Assembly (NCBI GenBank): GCA_951406725.2
Contig: OX597826.1
Location: 32,612,001 to 32,676,000, forward strand
DNA: 64,000 nt
From: Octopus vulgaris
Lineage: Eukaryota
Direction: 5' to 3'
The translations under genes and the position numbers were made by a program. This document shows positions 51,669-64,000 of this stretch, one piece after another. Position 1 is the first letter of the stretch. Each line of letters starts with the position of its first letter. The notes beneath the pieces were generated by a model. The model was not told where the DNA came from. It saw only the letters and a list, made by a program, of their open reading frames with translations, and searched no databases.

Positions 51669-52271
51669 CCCATGCTAGCATGGAAAACGGACGCTAAATG
51701 ATGATGATGATGATGATGATACATATATATATATATATATTATATACAAGTATGAAGAAATACATACAAGTGTGTGCACACATGCACACACGAGGTGTAT
51801 GTGCATTCATGTGTTTCTTAAGAACTGCACTCTTCAATGAGCAATCTAGTTGTAATTTCTCATTACAAACAGCTATCACCTCAGTTTGTGGCTTTAAAGC
51901 CATGTGAAATAAGAGAATACTGGGAAAATGAGTAAGAGTTAGTGACAGGGAGAGCGTCCAGCCGCAAAGCAATACATCAATAGTATATTTCTCTAAGCCA
52001 TGCAAGCATGGAACAATCAGGCATACAGTAAACAAACGAATGAATGAAACCATTTTGTCAACTTAGATGATGCAGGTGTGGGTGTGTGGACAAGGAGCTT
52101 GCTCTCCAGTCATGTGTTTTTGGGTTCAGTCATGCTGCACAGCACCTTGGTCTTAGATATGTATCTTCTACTATAGCCCTCGGAGTGGATTTGGTAAACT
52201 GTAAAAAGCCTGTCATATTTATGTGCATATAAAGAAACACCAGTTGTCAAGTGATGTGTGTTTATATGTAC

Positions 52272-52313
<42 letters not shown>

Positions 52314-52579
52314 CAGACTTCTTCCGATGGACTTCTTTTCATTTCCATCTACCAAATCCACTCCAAAGGATTTGGTCAACTCAAGGCTATAGCCGAAGAC
52401 ACTTGCCCAAAGTGGCATGCAGTGGGACTGAACCTGAGACCATGTGGCTGCGAAGCCAACTTCTTACCACACAGCCATGTATATGTGTCTGTGTCCACCC
52501 CTGCCTAGAAATTACATGATGGTTGTAAATGACGATGATGATGATGACCCTCATCGTCGTCACCACCACCACCACCACC

Positions 52580-52613
<34 letters not shown>

Positions 52614-52778
52614 TACAAGCAAGTGTTCTGTGATAAACATATCTGCTCCCAAGGAAATCTTATCTTTGTCTGGAATCGGAGGGAGTGACATAAGTGTTAT
52701 CTGGATGTAGAAGATTTGTCTCAACAAGTTCCACCTGGCCCATGTAATCAAGGAAAATTAGATGAGTAATGGTGATGG

Positions 52779-52828
<50 letters not shown>

Positions 52829-53874
52829 CTCTTGCTGCTGCTGCTGCAGAAAAATTTACTACTCCTGCCAAAGTACTCAGAACCTCAAGAGCTGGAACAA
52901 ATGTCAGAAGAAATTCTGTACAGAACTTTAATAATTCTGTTCTGGAAGGGTGCTTTGATTTTCATTGACCCCCACAGAAGGATCAAAGAGAAAGTTGACA
53001 TTAATGAGGTTTGAACCTAGAATATATAGAACTAAAATTAATACTGCAAGAGATTTTGTCCTGCACACTGTTGTGAAGATTTGAAACCTAACCACCAGAT
53101 ATTTGATCTGAACATCATGAGTAAACCACCGTAGTTTCACATGGTCAGTCTATAAATTGACCAATCAATATCAGGCTGTGATGTGATAAGGTTTTCTCAA
53201 ATGTTCTAAAATTTGGTTTCTGGTCCTCTATAAAAAGTATTTGGTGCATAGATTATGGAGTGCTGATGCCACAGATTGCCTTGGAGATTTGTGCAGACAA
53301 CTTTGTGTATTTTTGCATGTTTCAACACAGATAGCTTTCTATATATTCAGAGCAGTTTTTCTCTCTCTCATTTGGCAATTATTAATATTGTTCATTGTAA
53401 ATAGCCAACACCAAATATCTTTATGTCCAGCAATAAATATTTCCATTAAATATTTACGAATTTGCTTCAATTGTTATTCATGCAGCCAACGAAATACATC
53501 TTTATTGACCAGCTCAACTCCAGTGATGGTGAATCATCTAGTGACAACACCAAGGGTCTTGTTAGTCCACTTCTCTGTTGTGGCGATTTGTTACAGGGAC
53601 ATCAGAAAAGATCAGAGGTAACAGTGACCTAGATGGGATTTGAACTCAGAGCATAAAAAAAGGCCAGAACAAATACTTAAAGAAACTTTGTCCAACACTC
53701 CAGTGATTTTGCCAATCTGGAATGATTGCTAATTTAATTTATTGATGATAAAGAAGAAAAAAAAGGTGAATAAAGTTTAGGATTGATTTCAGCAGGAATT
53801 GAACCCAGAACATCAATGTAAGTCATTTTCTCCAATACTCTACTGAGTAGTGATGACAATATATTACTATAGAT

Positions 53875-54141
53875 CAGTGTTTCTGACTCCTTTTTTGGCT
53901 GTGGACCTCTTTTATTCTTATTTTACTTGGATGGACTCTCATAGCCATTTGATAGTTAAAAATGTCCTCTTATATTTTTATACTTAAATATTATTAGCCA
54001 TTGTACAAAACGAAATTGTCAAAATATTCTGAGTACTGTAGAAATATATACAATTTATTGCTTGTGAATTTTAACAACAAAATCTTACGTAGACCCCCAC
54101 TCCCGCCCCAGGGTCATATGGACCCCAGGTGAGAACTGCTG
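53875..54141. mobile_element. hAT-type MITE, same family as 45060-45578
   Basis: CAGTG..CTGCTG termini; 8-bp flanks CTATAGAT/CCATAGAT; shared internal blocks. Confidence 0.65.
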
Positions 54142-55365
54142 CCATAGATCATCTCAGAACAAATGAAAATAACGATTAAATTAAATTAATTTTACAAATT
54201 GTAACAGACTTATTTTATGAGGCATTGTAAAAAAAAATGCATTCCTCGTTAATTGTTTATCATAGTCATAAAAGTGCAACAAAATATTCTGAGGAGAGCT
54301 CTAATTAATTTTTAATTAAATAATTCTCATTACTCAGAAATGGATAAATACACTGTTACCTATTTCTACACAGCACCATTTGCATGTGATCATCACCAGC
54401 GTCACCTTACCAGCACATGTGCTGGTGACACGTGAAAAACAACATTCAAGTGTGGGCGTTGCTAGGACCACCAGACTGGCTCCCATGCAGGTAGCATGTA
54501 AAAAACACCTTTTGAGTGTAGACCTTGCCAAAACCGCCTGACTGGCCCTTGTGCTGGTGGCATGTAAAAGCACCCACTACACTCTCAGAGTGGTTGGTAT
54601 TAAGAAGGGCATCCATCTGTAGAAACTTTGCCAGATCAGTTTGAGCCTGGTGCAGCCTTCTGGCTCACCAGTCCTCAGTCAAATCGTCCAACCCATTCCA
54701 CCTTGGAAAGCAGACGTTAAACAACGATAATGATGATGATGATGATTAGATTCATACAGAATTTCTTCCTTCTTTTTTTCTTTCTTATTTCCAAAGTATA
54801 ACCAACTTCTGACTATAAATTCATTGTTAATTCAATTATATTTTTGGCCTTGCCTCCTACTACACCCCACCAAGAAAAGAAAATGTTGCTTACTTCATAT
54901 CTTATATTTGTTTCAGTCGTTGGACTGTGGCCATGCTGGAGCACCACCTTGAAGGGTTTAGCCAGACAGGTTGACCCTAGTATTTATATCTTTTAAGCCT
55001 GGTACTTATTCAGTTGGTTTCTTTTTGGTGAACTGCTAAGTTGTCATGTGATGGTTGGGGAACAAATACAAATGCTAAGACACACACACACACATACACA
55101 CACACACACATGCAATGGGCTTCTTTCAGTTTCTCTCTGCTAAATCCACTCATATGACCTCGAGGATCAAACATGGACTATAGTAGACAACACTTGCTCA
55201 AGGTGCCATGCAGTGGGACTGAACCTGAGACCTTGCTGTTGGAAAGCAAGCCTCTTACCACACAGCCACACCTTTGCCTATATATAAAATAAAAACTTTT
55301 CAATTTAGACAAGCAATTTTGAAGAGAAAACGTTTAGTTGACTCCATCAGCTGGCAGTAGTAGAC

Positions 55366-55419
<54 letters not shown>

Positions 55420-55436
55420 TATTATAAAGTTTTTTA

Positions 55437-56562
55437 AAATGTTCTAAAATTTGGTTTCTGGTCCTCTATAAAAACCAATTGGTGCATAGCTTATGGAGCG
55501 CTGATGCCACAGATTGCCTTAGCGATTTGTGCAGACGGCTTTGTGTATTTTTGGACTGATTGCATGTTTGCACACAGATAGCTTTCTATATATTCAGAGA
55601 TGAAATTCTCCTGTCATTATATTCATCCCTCCTGGGTGTGATGTTAATAATTCACAAACATATTTCTCCTTATGCATTTTGAGGACTGAAAGTGTAGCAG
55701 ATTCAGAATATTTTCTGAGAATATGCACTTACAAGTCTTTTTCAAAATTTGCAGCTGTTCGAAATAAAATGTTCAGCAAGTTCTGTTGAACAACTGTTAT
55801 TGTGCCTGACGTCATATCTGTGCCCATTGAATCTCTTGTTTAATTGTTCTGTTGTACAACCAGCATAAAGTTGTGTTTGGTGCATTCTGCTGCATACACC
55901 AAATGGGAATCTCTACCTGTCCCACCTTTCATGTAAATCATAATATTTCTGTTATGATTCTTGATAGAATTGACTAAACTCATGTTGTTGCACAATGAAC
56001 GAGGCTTACCTCTCTTGCAGCTGGTTTTCAAGGTACAGTGTGCAGAAACTCCAATGTTAGTTTTCTTGGAGTCAGAAGCTGTTCTTTTATATTTTTATTC
56101 TTTTTAAAGGCTACAATAGGTGGCTGAGGAAATATACATTTGAAACGAAGATATTCTTCCACAACATCCTGGTAACTTTCATGCAACACTTTTGAAATGC
56201 CAGCAAAATTCCAGTACCAGTTAATCACTAAAGAAATTCTGTCACATATTGTACTTTGGTTGCTAAAATTATGCATGAAAGTTTGACTTTCCTTGCTAAT
56301 CTAAGCCATGTCATTTACTATTTTCTTTAATCATGATTCACTGTAACCATGTTTGAAATAATGGTGTACAAAGCATTTGCATGTTTCTAGTAATACCCTA
56401 TATCAGTACAAATCCATTTTATCCTCAAAAATGGGATTTCAGAATTTGATCTAATTATATGATGTGGATGATCGGAGTGAAGGTGGAGGTAAATGTGAGA
56501 TGACTTAGTCTTGCAAAATAACTCTGTCTGGAGGCAGAATAGTGAGAGTTATTTTGCAAGAC
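55437..56562 (-). mobile_element. Degraded Penelope-like element (RT thumb, linker, GIY-YIG)
   Basis: Frameshifted CLQTELFCKTKSSHIYLHLHSDHPHHIIRS, IFPQPPIVAFKKNKNIKEQL and VYAAECTKHN/LYAGCTTEQLNKRFNGHRYDV..ELAEHF; 55437-55599 directly repeats 53199-53352. Confidence 0.85.
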
Positions 56563-57559
56563 AATGTCAAGCCCAAAACGTGATAAATACTAGGGCAAAG
56601 TCATTTTCTACATGTTTCCCTGGTACATTAACCTGCAACCAAAATCCACAAGACAGCATATTATATCTGGAGAGAAAATAACCTTAGCTTTGAAGTAAAT
56701 TTGGATCCAGACATTCTCACTAATTGAAAGAGATATATTCATGAAATATTTGATATATTCTCAAAACAGACTTATATCAGATATAGGAATAAAATAGGCA
56801 TAAAAAAAAGGATACGAAATAAAGTTTAAAGAAGAAAAGACAAATAAAGACATTTATATTACTAAAATGCAAGAATAAAAACATTGAGAACATAAATCAT
56901 GTTCAATCACCAAGGTAGACTTAGCACATGCAAAGCAAAGAAAACATATAAAACAAACAGCAACAAAAATCAAATTGTAGTGAAGCTATAGAAAACTAAG
57001 TAAATGAATAAAAGAAAAAATATAAAGAAAATCAAAAAAAAGAAAGAAAGAGGGAAAAGAAGATATGAGAAGTGAAGAAGTAAACAAGCCTAAGATTTAA
57101 TGAAGGATGCTGTAGAAGGAAAAGAAGGATAAGAAATAAACGAAGCATCACTAAGCTAGATTGGAGAGGTCTGCAAGAATACAGTACCATGACATTTCAC
57201 TGATAACCATATAGCACAATAAATATAGGTAGATTTGGTTAGTGGATTAGATAATTCTTCTTCATACACACACACACACACACACACGTATATATGTATG
57301 TAAAACTTTGTTTTTTGTTTTTGTTTTCTTAATTTATAATTGTTTTTTTCTTCTTCTTATCGTTCTGTCTTATACATTAAGACCTGATAGAAAAGTGTAT
57401 TCTTATATGCGGCTCAGAACTACTTCAGCTATTACTGCGGCAGAAGAACAACATCTATAAATTAAATAAGAAATGCAGGGAAGGGGAAAAGAAACCGAAG
57501 GAAAAATAAAAACAGCAATGAAATGTTTTGGTAGTAAATTCCTTGTGCATTGTATATTT

Positions 57560-57613
57560 ATCATCATCGTCGTCATCATCATCCTCATCACCACCACCAC
57601 CACCACCACCACC

Positions 57614-57687
<74 letters not shown>

Positions 57688-57923
57688 TGCCACCACCTCC
57701 ACCATCATCATCATTATCATCATCACCACCATCATCACCACCACCAACATCATCATCACCATCACCACTACCACCACCACCACCACCACCATCACCACCA
57801 CCATCATCATCATCATCATCATCACCACCATCATTGTCATCATCGTTATTATTATTATTATCATAATCATCATCATTATTACTATTACTATTACTATTAC
57901 TATTATTATTACTATTATTATTA

Positions 57924-57973
<50 letters not shown>

Positions 57974-58143
57974 GTTGTTGTTGTTGTTATTGTTATCATT
58001 ATTATTATTTTTGTCGTGGCAAAGAACGATGCAAATATAACAAAAAATAACTAGAAAAAAACACAAATATATGCTAAGAACTACAAGATAAATTACTAAT
58101 GAAGGATTTGAGAAATGTTACAATAAACAGAATGTATATAATA

Positions 58144-58194
<51 letters not shown>

Positions 58195-58305
58195 GTAATA
58201 ATAATAATAATAACAATAATAATAATGATAATGATAATAATATTAATAATAATAATGATAGTAATAATAATAATAATAATAGTAATAATAATAATAATAA
58301 TAATA
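57560..58305. repeat. Compound (CAT)/(CAC)/(TAT) tract followed by an (AAT)n tract
   Basis: Direct inspection. Confidence 0.95.
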
Positions 58306-60785
58306 GCAACAAAACCAAATGAAAATCAAGCAAGCAGGATAAACAGAGTGTTGAAAAAAACAACAACAAACCGCAGAAGAGAATAGCATAATACTGAGTA
58401 TTGTTTTATTTGGAAAGAGACAAATAAATGACAAAAATATATGAAAATATTGATACAAACAAATTAACAGAAATACAAGAAAACAATTTTGGTTTCTTTA
58501 TTTACTTCATAATATATATAAAAGGAAATGGATTCTGAAGATTATGGCAAAAAAAAAGAAAAACATTTGCTTACAGAGAAGAAGAAGAATCGTAAAAGAA
58601 AATGTTATCTAATGTACCTCTACTGTGTGTGCATGTGTTTGTGTGTATGTGTGAGCGTGTTTGTACCAGTTAGTTTGTATGTGTGTGTATGCATGGAATT
58701 GTGTGTGTGAATGTGTGCTTATGTGTGTGTGTGTTTGTGTATGTGTGTGTGTGTGTGCTTTTGTGTGTGCATATTTGTGTATATGTGTGCTTGTGTGTGT
58801 GTGTTTGCATGTGAGTCAATGGGTGTGTGTTTGCGCAAGTGTGAACATTTATGTGTCTGTGTCTGTGCTTGTGTGTATGTATGTGTTCGTGTGTGTGTGT
58901 GTATTTGTCAGTGTATGTGTGTATGTATGTGCATGTGTGCTTCTGTGCATGTTTGCATGTGTATGTGTGTGCAATGCCTGTGTGTCTATGCATATGTGTG
59001 TACCTGTGTGAGCATGTTTATGTGTGTGCAATGTTTGTGTATTTATGCATATGTGTATATGTGTGTGAGCATGTCTATGCCTATGTGTGCGTGTGTGTGT
59101 GTGAAAATCCTGATGGAGAAAATTGGCTGGGAAAGAAAAGATCTTTTGCTTAAGATTTATAAGAAATGTACTACAATACTTCAGTGCATTCGCTCTCCAA
59201 CTTATGTTTTGTTTCATTAAACAGGCACCAAAAAATGCACTCTGGTTCCTGCGATAAACTAAAGAAGTCAGCTATCTCTTAGAAAGGTGTTTGGTTTTCT
59301 TGCCAACATTCTTCTGCCTTTAAGTTCTGTACGATGTAAGATACGATATTGTATTTTGGATTATCACATTCACCGACAACACTGGGTCGATTTCAAAATT
59401 GGCAGCTTTAATTTTCGAGAAATGAAGACCCAAAGAATAAGAAAAAGTAAAATGGAAATTAAAAAAAATAAAAAAATAAAGAATAAAGGATAACAACTTG
59501 ATTGCAGTGTGGAGTTCTAAATCATTGCTGGATCAATTTGAAGAAGAAAACACAAATGAAGGTGAATCCTTTTATTATTGGTATTACTAGGGCGTTGTGT
59601 TGGCACAGCTGTAAGCATGGTGGATGCTTGAATTTGTCTGAATCTTTATATCCTGAGTTCAAATCTTGTTAAGGTTAACTTTTGTTTCTTATCTTTCAGA
59701 ATTAAGAAAATAAAAAGCCACTTAAGTACTTGAGTTGATGGCATCAACTAACATTCTTCCTTCAAAATATCTGGCCTTGTGCCAAAATTCGAAACCACTA
59801 TTGATAACACTTCCTGCTTGTTTAAGTATTCTAGAAATTAACTTAACTGCATAGTAATAGTAGTAGTAGTAGTAGTAGAAAAAATTATCTTCTTGAGTTA
59901 TGTTGATTCATAAAGGCCAGTTTGCCGGTTCTGTAACACTTAGATTCCCCTCCTGGATGGGACACCGGTCCATCACAAGGTTACTCCCTTTTATCAGCTG
60001 AGTGGACGGGAGCAATGTGAAAGGAAGTGTTTTGCTCAAGAGCACAATACACAGCCCAGCCCAGGAATTGAAACTACAATCTTATGATCATGAGTCCAAC
60101 ACTCTAACCACTAATCCATGCACCTTCCCAGTAGTAGTAGTAGTAATAGTAGTAGTCTAGGAGAATGCACTGTAACAGCAGTGCATCTCTGCATCCAATA
60201 TTTGTTGGTGATTCCCTACACCTGTCAGGTGACGCCTTTGCACTGCTCAGGTGACAACCCACCAACTTATAGGTCTGTTTGGGTGGTCATTGTTGGAGAG
60301 GGTTTACGAGGCTCTTTTAGGTGCCTCATTTTATATCCTTGAATTCTGGATATGTGATATAAGAAAGCCATGGGGTGGGTGGGGAGAAAGTATATACACA
60401 ATGCACAACTATAACTATTACATGAGACTCAACGCTCCCTGCCACAGCTCACAGTGAACTGCCTACCAACCTGAAATGCCAATCGCTCACAGTACTTTAA
60501 TTTATGACAACGAGCCAGTTCACCTTTTAGTCACTTGGAAGATGGTTGGAATCCTTCCACACCACTTCTACCACATACAGAGGACATGAGGGGACATGAG
60601 GGGACATGTTGGGTCAATTCTTTGACATGACAGTCCCCACACAAAAAGAACTAGAGCAATGAGAAATGAAGTATTTTGTTCAAGTACACAACACATCGCC
60701 TAGTCTGGGAATTGAACCCACAATCTTATGATGATGAGTGCAACACCCTAACCACCAGGCCATTCCCCTTCACAATTTAAAACTA

Positions 60786-60983
60786 TGAAGGGGTGTTGGA
60801 AAGTTCTTGGCTTTCAGTAAAAGAAAATACAGGAGGATCAATTAAGATTTTATTCAACATATTCCCCCCTCAGATTCACACATTTATTGCAGCAGTTCTT
60901 CAGTTTTTCCAAACCCTTTAAAAGAACATGGAAGTTTGGGCCTCCAGCCAGTCTTTTTGCGATACCCTTAAAACCAGGAACTT
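60786..60983 (-). mobile_element. Mariner-derived MITE retaining the transposase C-terminus
   Basis: KGLEKLKNCCNKCVNLRGEYVE* resembles mariner ends; AAGTTCTTGGCTTT (left) is mirrored by AAAACCAGGAACTT (right, truncated). Confidence 0.75.
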
Positions 60984-61047
60984 GTATATGTGAATGGAAA
61001 AGGGTATATGTTAATAGAATATTGTTTTCTTTTAAAGATATATAGGT

Positions 61048-61286
61048 TACAGTTCTGTATTTAAGAGATGAGAAATTATGTACATTATTATGGGCATATG
61101 ACGTATTTAGGGGCATATGGCATAGTGGTTAAGAGCGCAGGCTACTAACCTCAAGATTACGAGCTTGATTCCAGGCAGTGACCTGAATAATAATAATAAA
61201 AGTAATAATTTTAACATCAGAAAAATATCTTAGGAATGAGAACTCAGGTTCGAAATTTCCCCAAGACACATGATGAAGGCTGGAGG
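61048..61286 (+). mobile_element. ORF-less PLE tRNA-(AAT)n-hammerhead module preceded by an inverted terminus
   Basis: 61048-61089 matches the 21038 terminus; head GGGCATATGGCATAGTGGTTAAGAGCGCAGGCTACTAAC; truncated at GACACATGATGAAGGCTGGAGG. Confidence 0.75.
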
Positions 61287-61488
61287 CTCAGGAAAGGCTT
61301 TCAGCTGTGAAGAAATCTGTTTCAATGCGTTCTATCTGACCCATGCAAACATGGTAAAGTGAATGTAAAAACGACGATGATGATGATGACAATGACTTTG
61401 ATGAAGGTGATGATGTTGATGATGACGATGATTATGATGATGATGGTGGTGGTGGTGGTGGTGGTGGTGATGGTGATGGTGATGATGA

Positions 61489-61522
<34 letters not shown>

Positions 61523-62036
61523 GGTGGTGGTGGAGATGGAGATGGAGATGGAGATGATATTAGTCTTATGAATCAGAAAATCCTTTCCAATCTTCCCTTC
61601 ACAGTGTATGGAACTAGGTTTGATAAAAAAAAAGAAAAAAAATACAGAAAGAGAAATTAATCTTTGAGACTAAATATTTAACAAGCAAATTCTATATTTG
61701 TAGGAACCATATTCCTATTGATTTTTCTTTATTGCTATCAGAAGTGAGAACTATAAAGGTGATTGGTTAGTGCTCAGTGTTGGCATTTCTTGCTGATAGA
61801 AAATATTGGTTTGTACTCCATCTGACAGACAACAACAACAAGATGATCAATGGAAGCTTTGCAAGAGAACTTTACAACAATTAAGTTTTATTATGTTTTT
61901 TTTTTTAAGATATTATGACCATCGGCAGTTCATAAACGCATGGAAGTGGTGGAGTGATGTTTTGAAAAATTATTTGTTATTTTGATTCCTTTTAAGTTTG
62001 CTTCATTCTTGTAATATCTGATTATTTTGTTTCTTG

Positions 62037-62363
62037 TGAAGGGCATGTAGCTAAGTGGTAAGGACGTTTGGCTCATGATCTTAAGGCCTTGAATTGGATG
62101 CCTGGTAGCACATTGTGTTCTTTCACAAGATACTTTATTCCACATCACTCCAGTTTCACTCAGCTGGCAAAAATAAGTTGTACCTGTAATTCAAAGGGGC
62201 CAACCTTGTAACACTCTGTGTCACACTGAAATCTCCTTCAGAACTACATTAAGGGTACACATGTCAGTGGATCTCTCAGCCACTTGCATATTGATTTCAT
62301 GAGCAATCTGTTCTGTTGATCAGATCAATTAGGACCCTCATTTTCGTAGCTGACTGAGTGCCC
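62037..62363 (+). mobile_element. SINE family C, near full length
   Basis: Reverse complement of the 2470-2768 copy. Confidence 0.8.
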
Positions 62364-62444
62364 ATTTATTTTCATTCCTCGTTATTGTGTTTTTTCTTCC
62401 AGATTAACCTTTGTTAAAGCATTTATTTTTTATAACTTCAATTA

Positions 62445-62847
62445 CTCTCTTTTACTTGTTTCAGTCATTTGACTGTGGCCATGCTGGAGCACTGCCTTCA
62501 GTCGAGGAAATCGACCCCAGGACTTATTCTTTGGAAGCTTAGTACTTATTCTATCGGTTACTTTTGCCAAACCGCTAGGTTATGGGGACGTAAACACACC
62601 AGTATCACTTGTCAAGCGATTTTGGGAAGGACAAACACAGACACACAAACACACACACACATATATATACATATACATATATACGACAGACTTTTTTCAG
62701 TTTCCATCTATCAAATCCACTCACGAGGCTTTGGTCAGCCCAAGGCTATAGTAGAAGACACTTGCCCAAGATGCCACACAGTGGGACTGAACCGGGAACC
62801 ATGTGGTTCGTAAGCAAGCTACTTACCACACAGCCACTCCTGCACCT
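62445..62847 (-). mobile_element. SINE family B, near full length
   Basis: Head, (CA)/(TA) centre and tail all present. Confidence 0.9.
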
Positions 62848-64000
62848 CTTAGAAATATCGTGATAAATGTTATTTTGGGGGTGTTTATAAAATAGCCTTT
62901 ATTGATTATATTTGAGAAAGTGTGAGGTTTTGTCTTGGAGAAAAATTTCTCCTGTTACACTTGCTGTGTAATTACACATTGAGATGAGCTGCAAGTGATA
63001 TCATTGGATCAACAGACATACTGTTTCAGCATAATTTCACATCCTCAGTGGTGGCACTACCTCAGTCATTTGGTGCCAGGCCTGAGCTATTTTGAATTCA
63101 ACTGCTTTGAGTACTTATACATAATCAGTTCTAGCTTAACAAGGTGGAACAAATGCAAGATAGTTTTTTTTTTTTGTTTTTTATTTTCTATATTGGATGT
63201 AGCTCTGGCAGAACTTTAGATGACTGAGGTGTGTATCTACAACTGATGTGGTGAAATTATGTCAAAACATAGGATCTGGTGGTCTGCTGATGTCATTTGG
63301 GGTTTGACTCAATGTAATTTTACAAACAATGTCAATAGAAAAGAGTTTTTCTCCAAGACAAAATTCCACTAAGGCTGTCTTTCATGTTCTAGTCTACAAT
63401 AATATTACAAATAAATGAATACATCATTATTTTGATTGTCTGTGCTTCATGTGCTTATACTACCATTTAAAATATGTTGTACAAAATAGCAGACAAGATC
63501 AAGTTGACAATGTAAAACAAATCTTCCAGTGTAATAACTTCAGTGCAAAACAAGTTTCAGTGAGCTGATTTATAAAAATACAAGTTTAGTAGAATATATT
63601 TATTCCACAGAGACAATATTAAACAAATAAATCTGTTGATTTCCAAAATTTTCATAGAATAATGTGCTTCAGCACCAAAGACTTTCTATTCAAATTTATG
63701 AGATTCACTGAACACCATCAAACATATCCAGATGGCTATTATCTCATGCAGTCAAAACTTCTGCTTTCTGCTTCAGAGTATTTTTTTGTTCGAATGGTCA
63801 GTAGTTTGGTTCACACAATCCAAAATATTCCATACATATTTTATAATGAAAATTGAAGGTGATATTGCTTGAGCTGGGCCCCTAACTGTGGCCCCTCATC
63901 TACAAAGGTTGTCTATTAATCTCATATGTAATTTAAGGATTTTTGCACAAAGGAATCATGAAATACTACCACAAGAAGAATTATCTCCTGGAACAGAAAA

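Noticed and set aside
57403-58066. Poly-N/D/G, poly-H, poly-I and poly-M ORFs
   Set aside because: Translations of trinucleotide microsatellite, open in several frames.
61110-61185. tRNA gene
   Set aside because: The acceptor stem does not pair, the B box is damaged and it is part of a repeat; SINE heads were likewise not called tRNAs.
63300-63987. Coding region in the repeat-poor end of the window
   Set aside because: No long frame or motif; at most UTR-like sequence or a decayed transposon.

Overview
AT-rich animal genomic DNA saturated with microsatellites and short interspersed repeats. The repeat landscape is most consistent with an octopod (Octopus) genome; this is an inference from recalled repeat families, not a database result. 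No complete protein-coding gene, rRNA, true tRNA or CRISPR array is visible, and nearly all listed ORFs are translated microsatellite. Recognisable content is transposon debris: three tRNA-derived SINE families, RTE, CR1-like and R4/Dong-like non-LTR fragments, Penelope-like elements (PLEs), mariner derivatives, hAT/piggyBac/Tc1-type MITEs and a Helitron end. The most notable signal is a PLE family whose 3' module joins a GIY-YIG ORF end, a tRNA-like Pol III head, an (AAT)n spacer and a minimal hammerhead motif. This module recurs without the ORF as SINE-like copies, and several unrelated hammerhead-like motifs occur elsewhere. Short unique CpG-retaining islands carry minus-strand splice signals suggesting small exons of an unidentified host gene (low confidence). 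Repeat boundaries were read by eye and are approximate.
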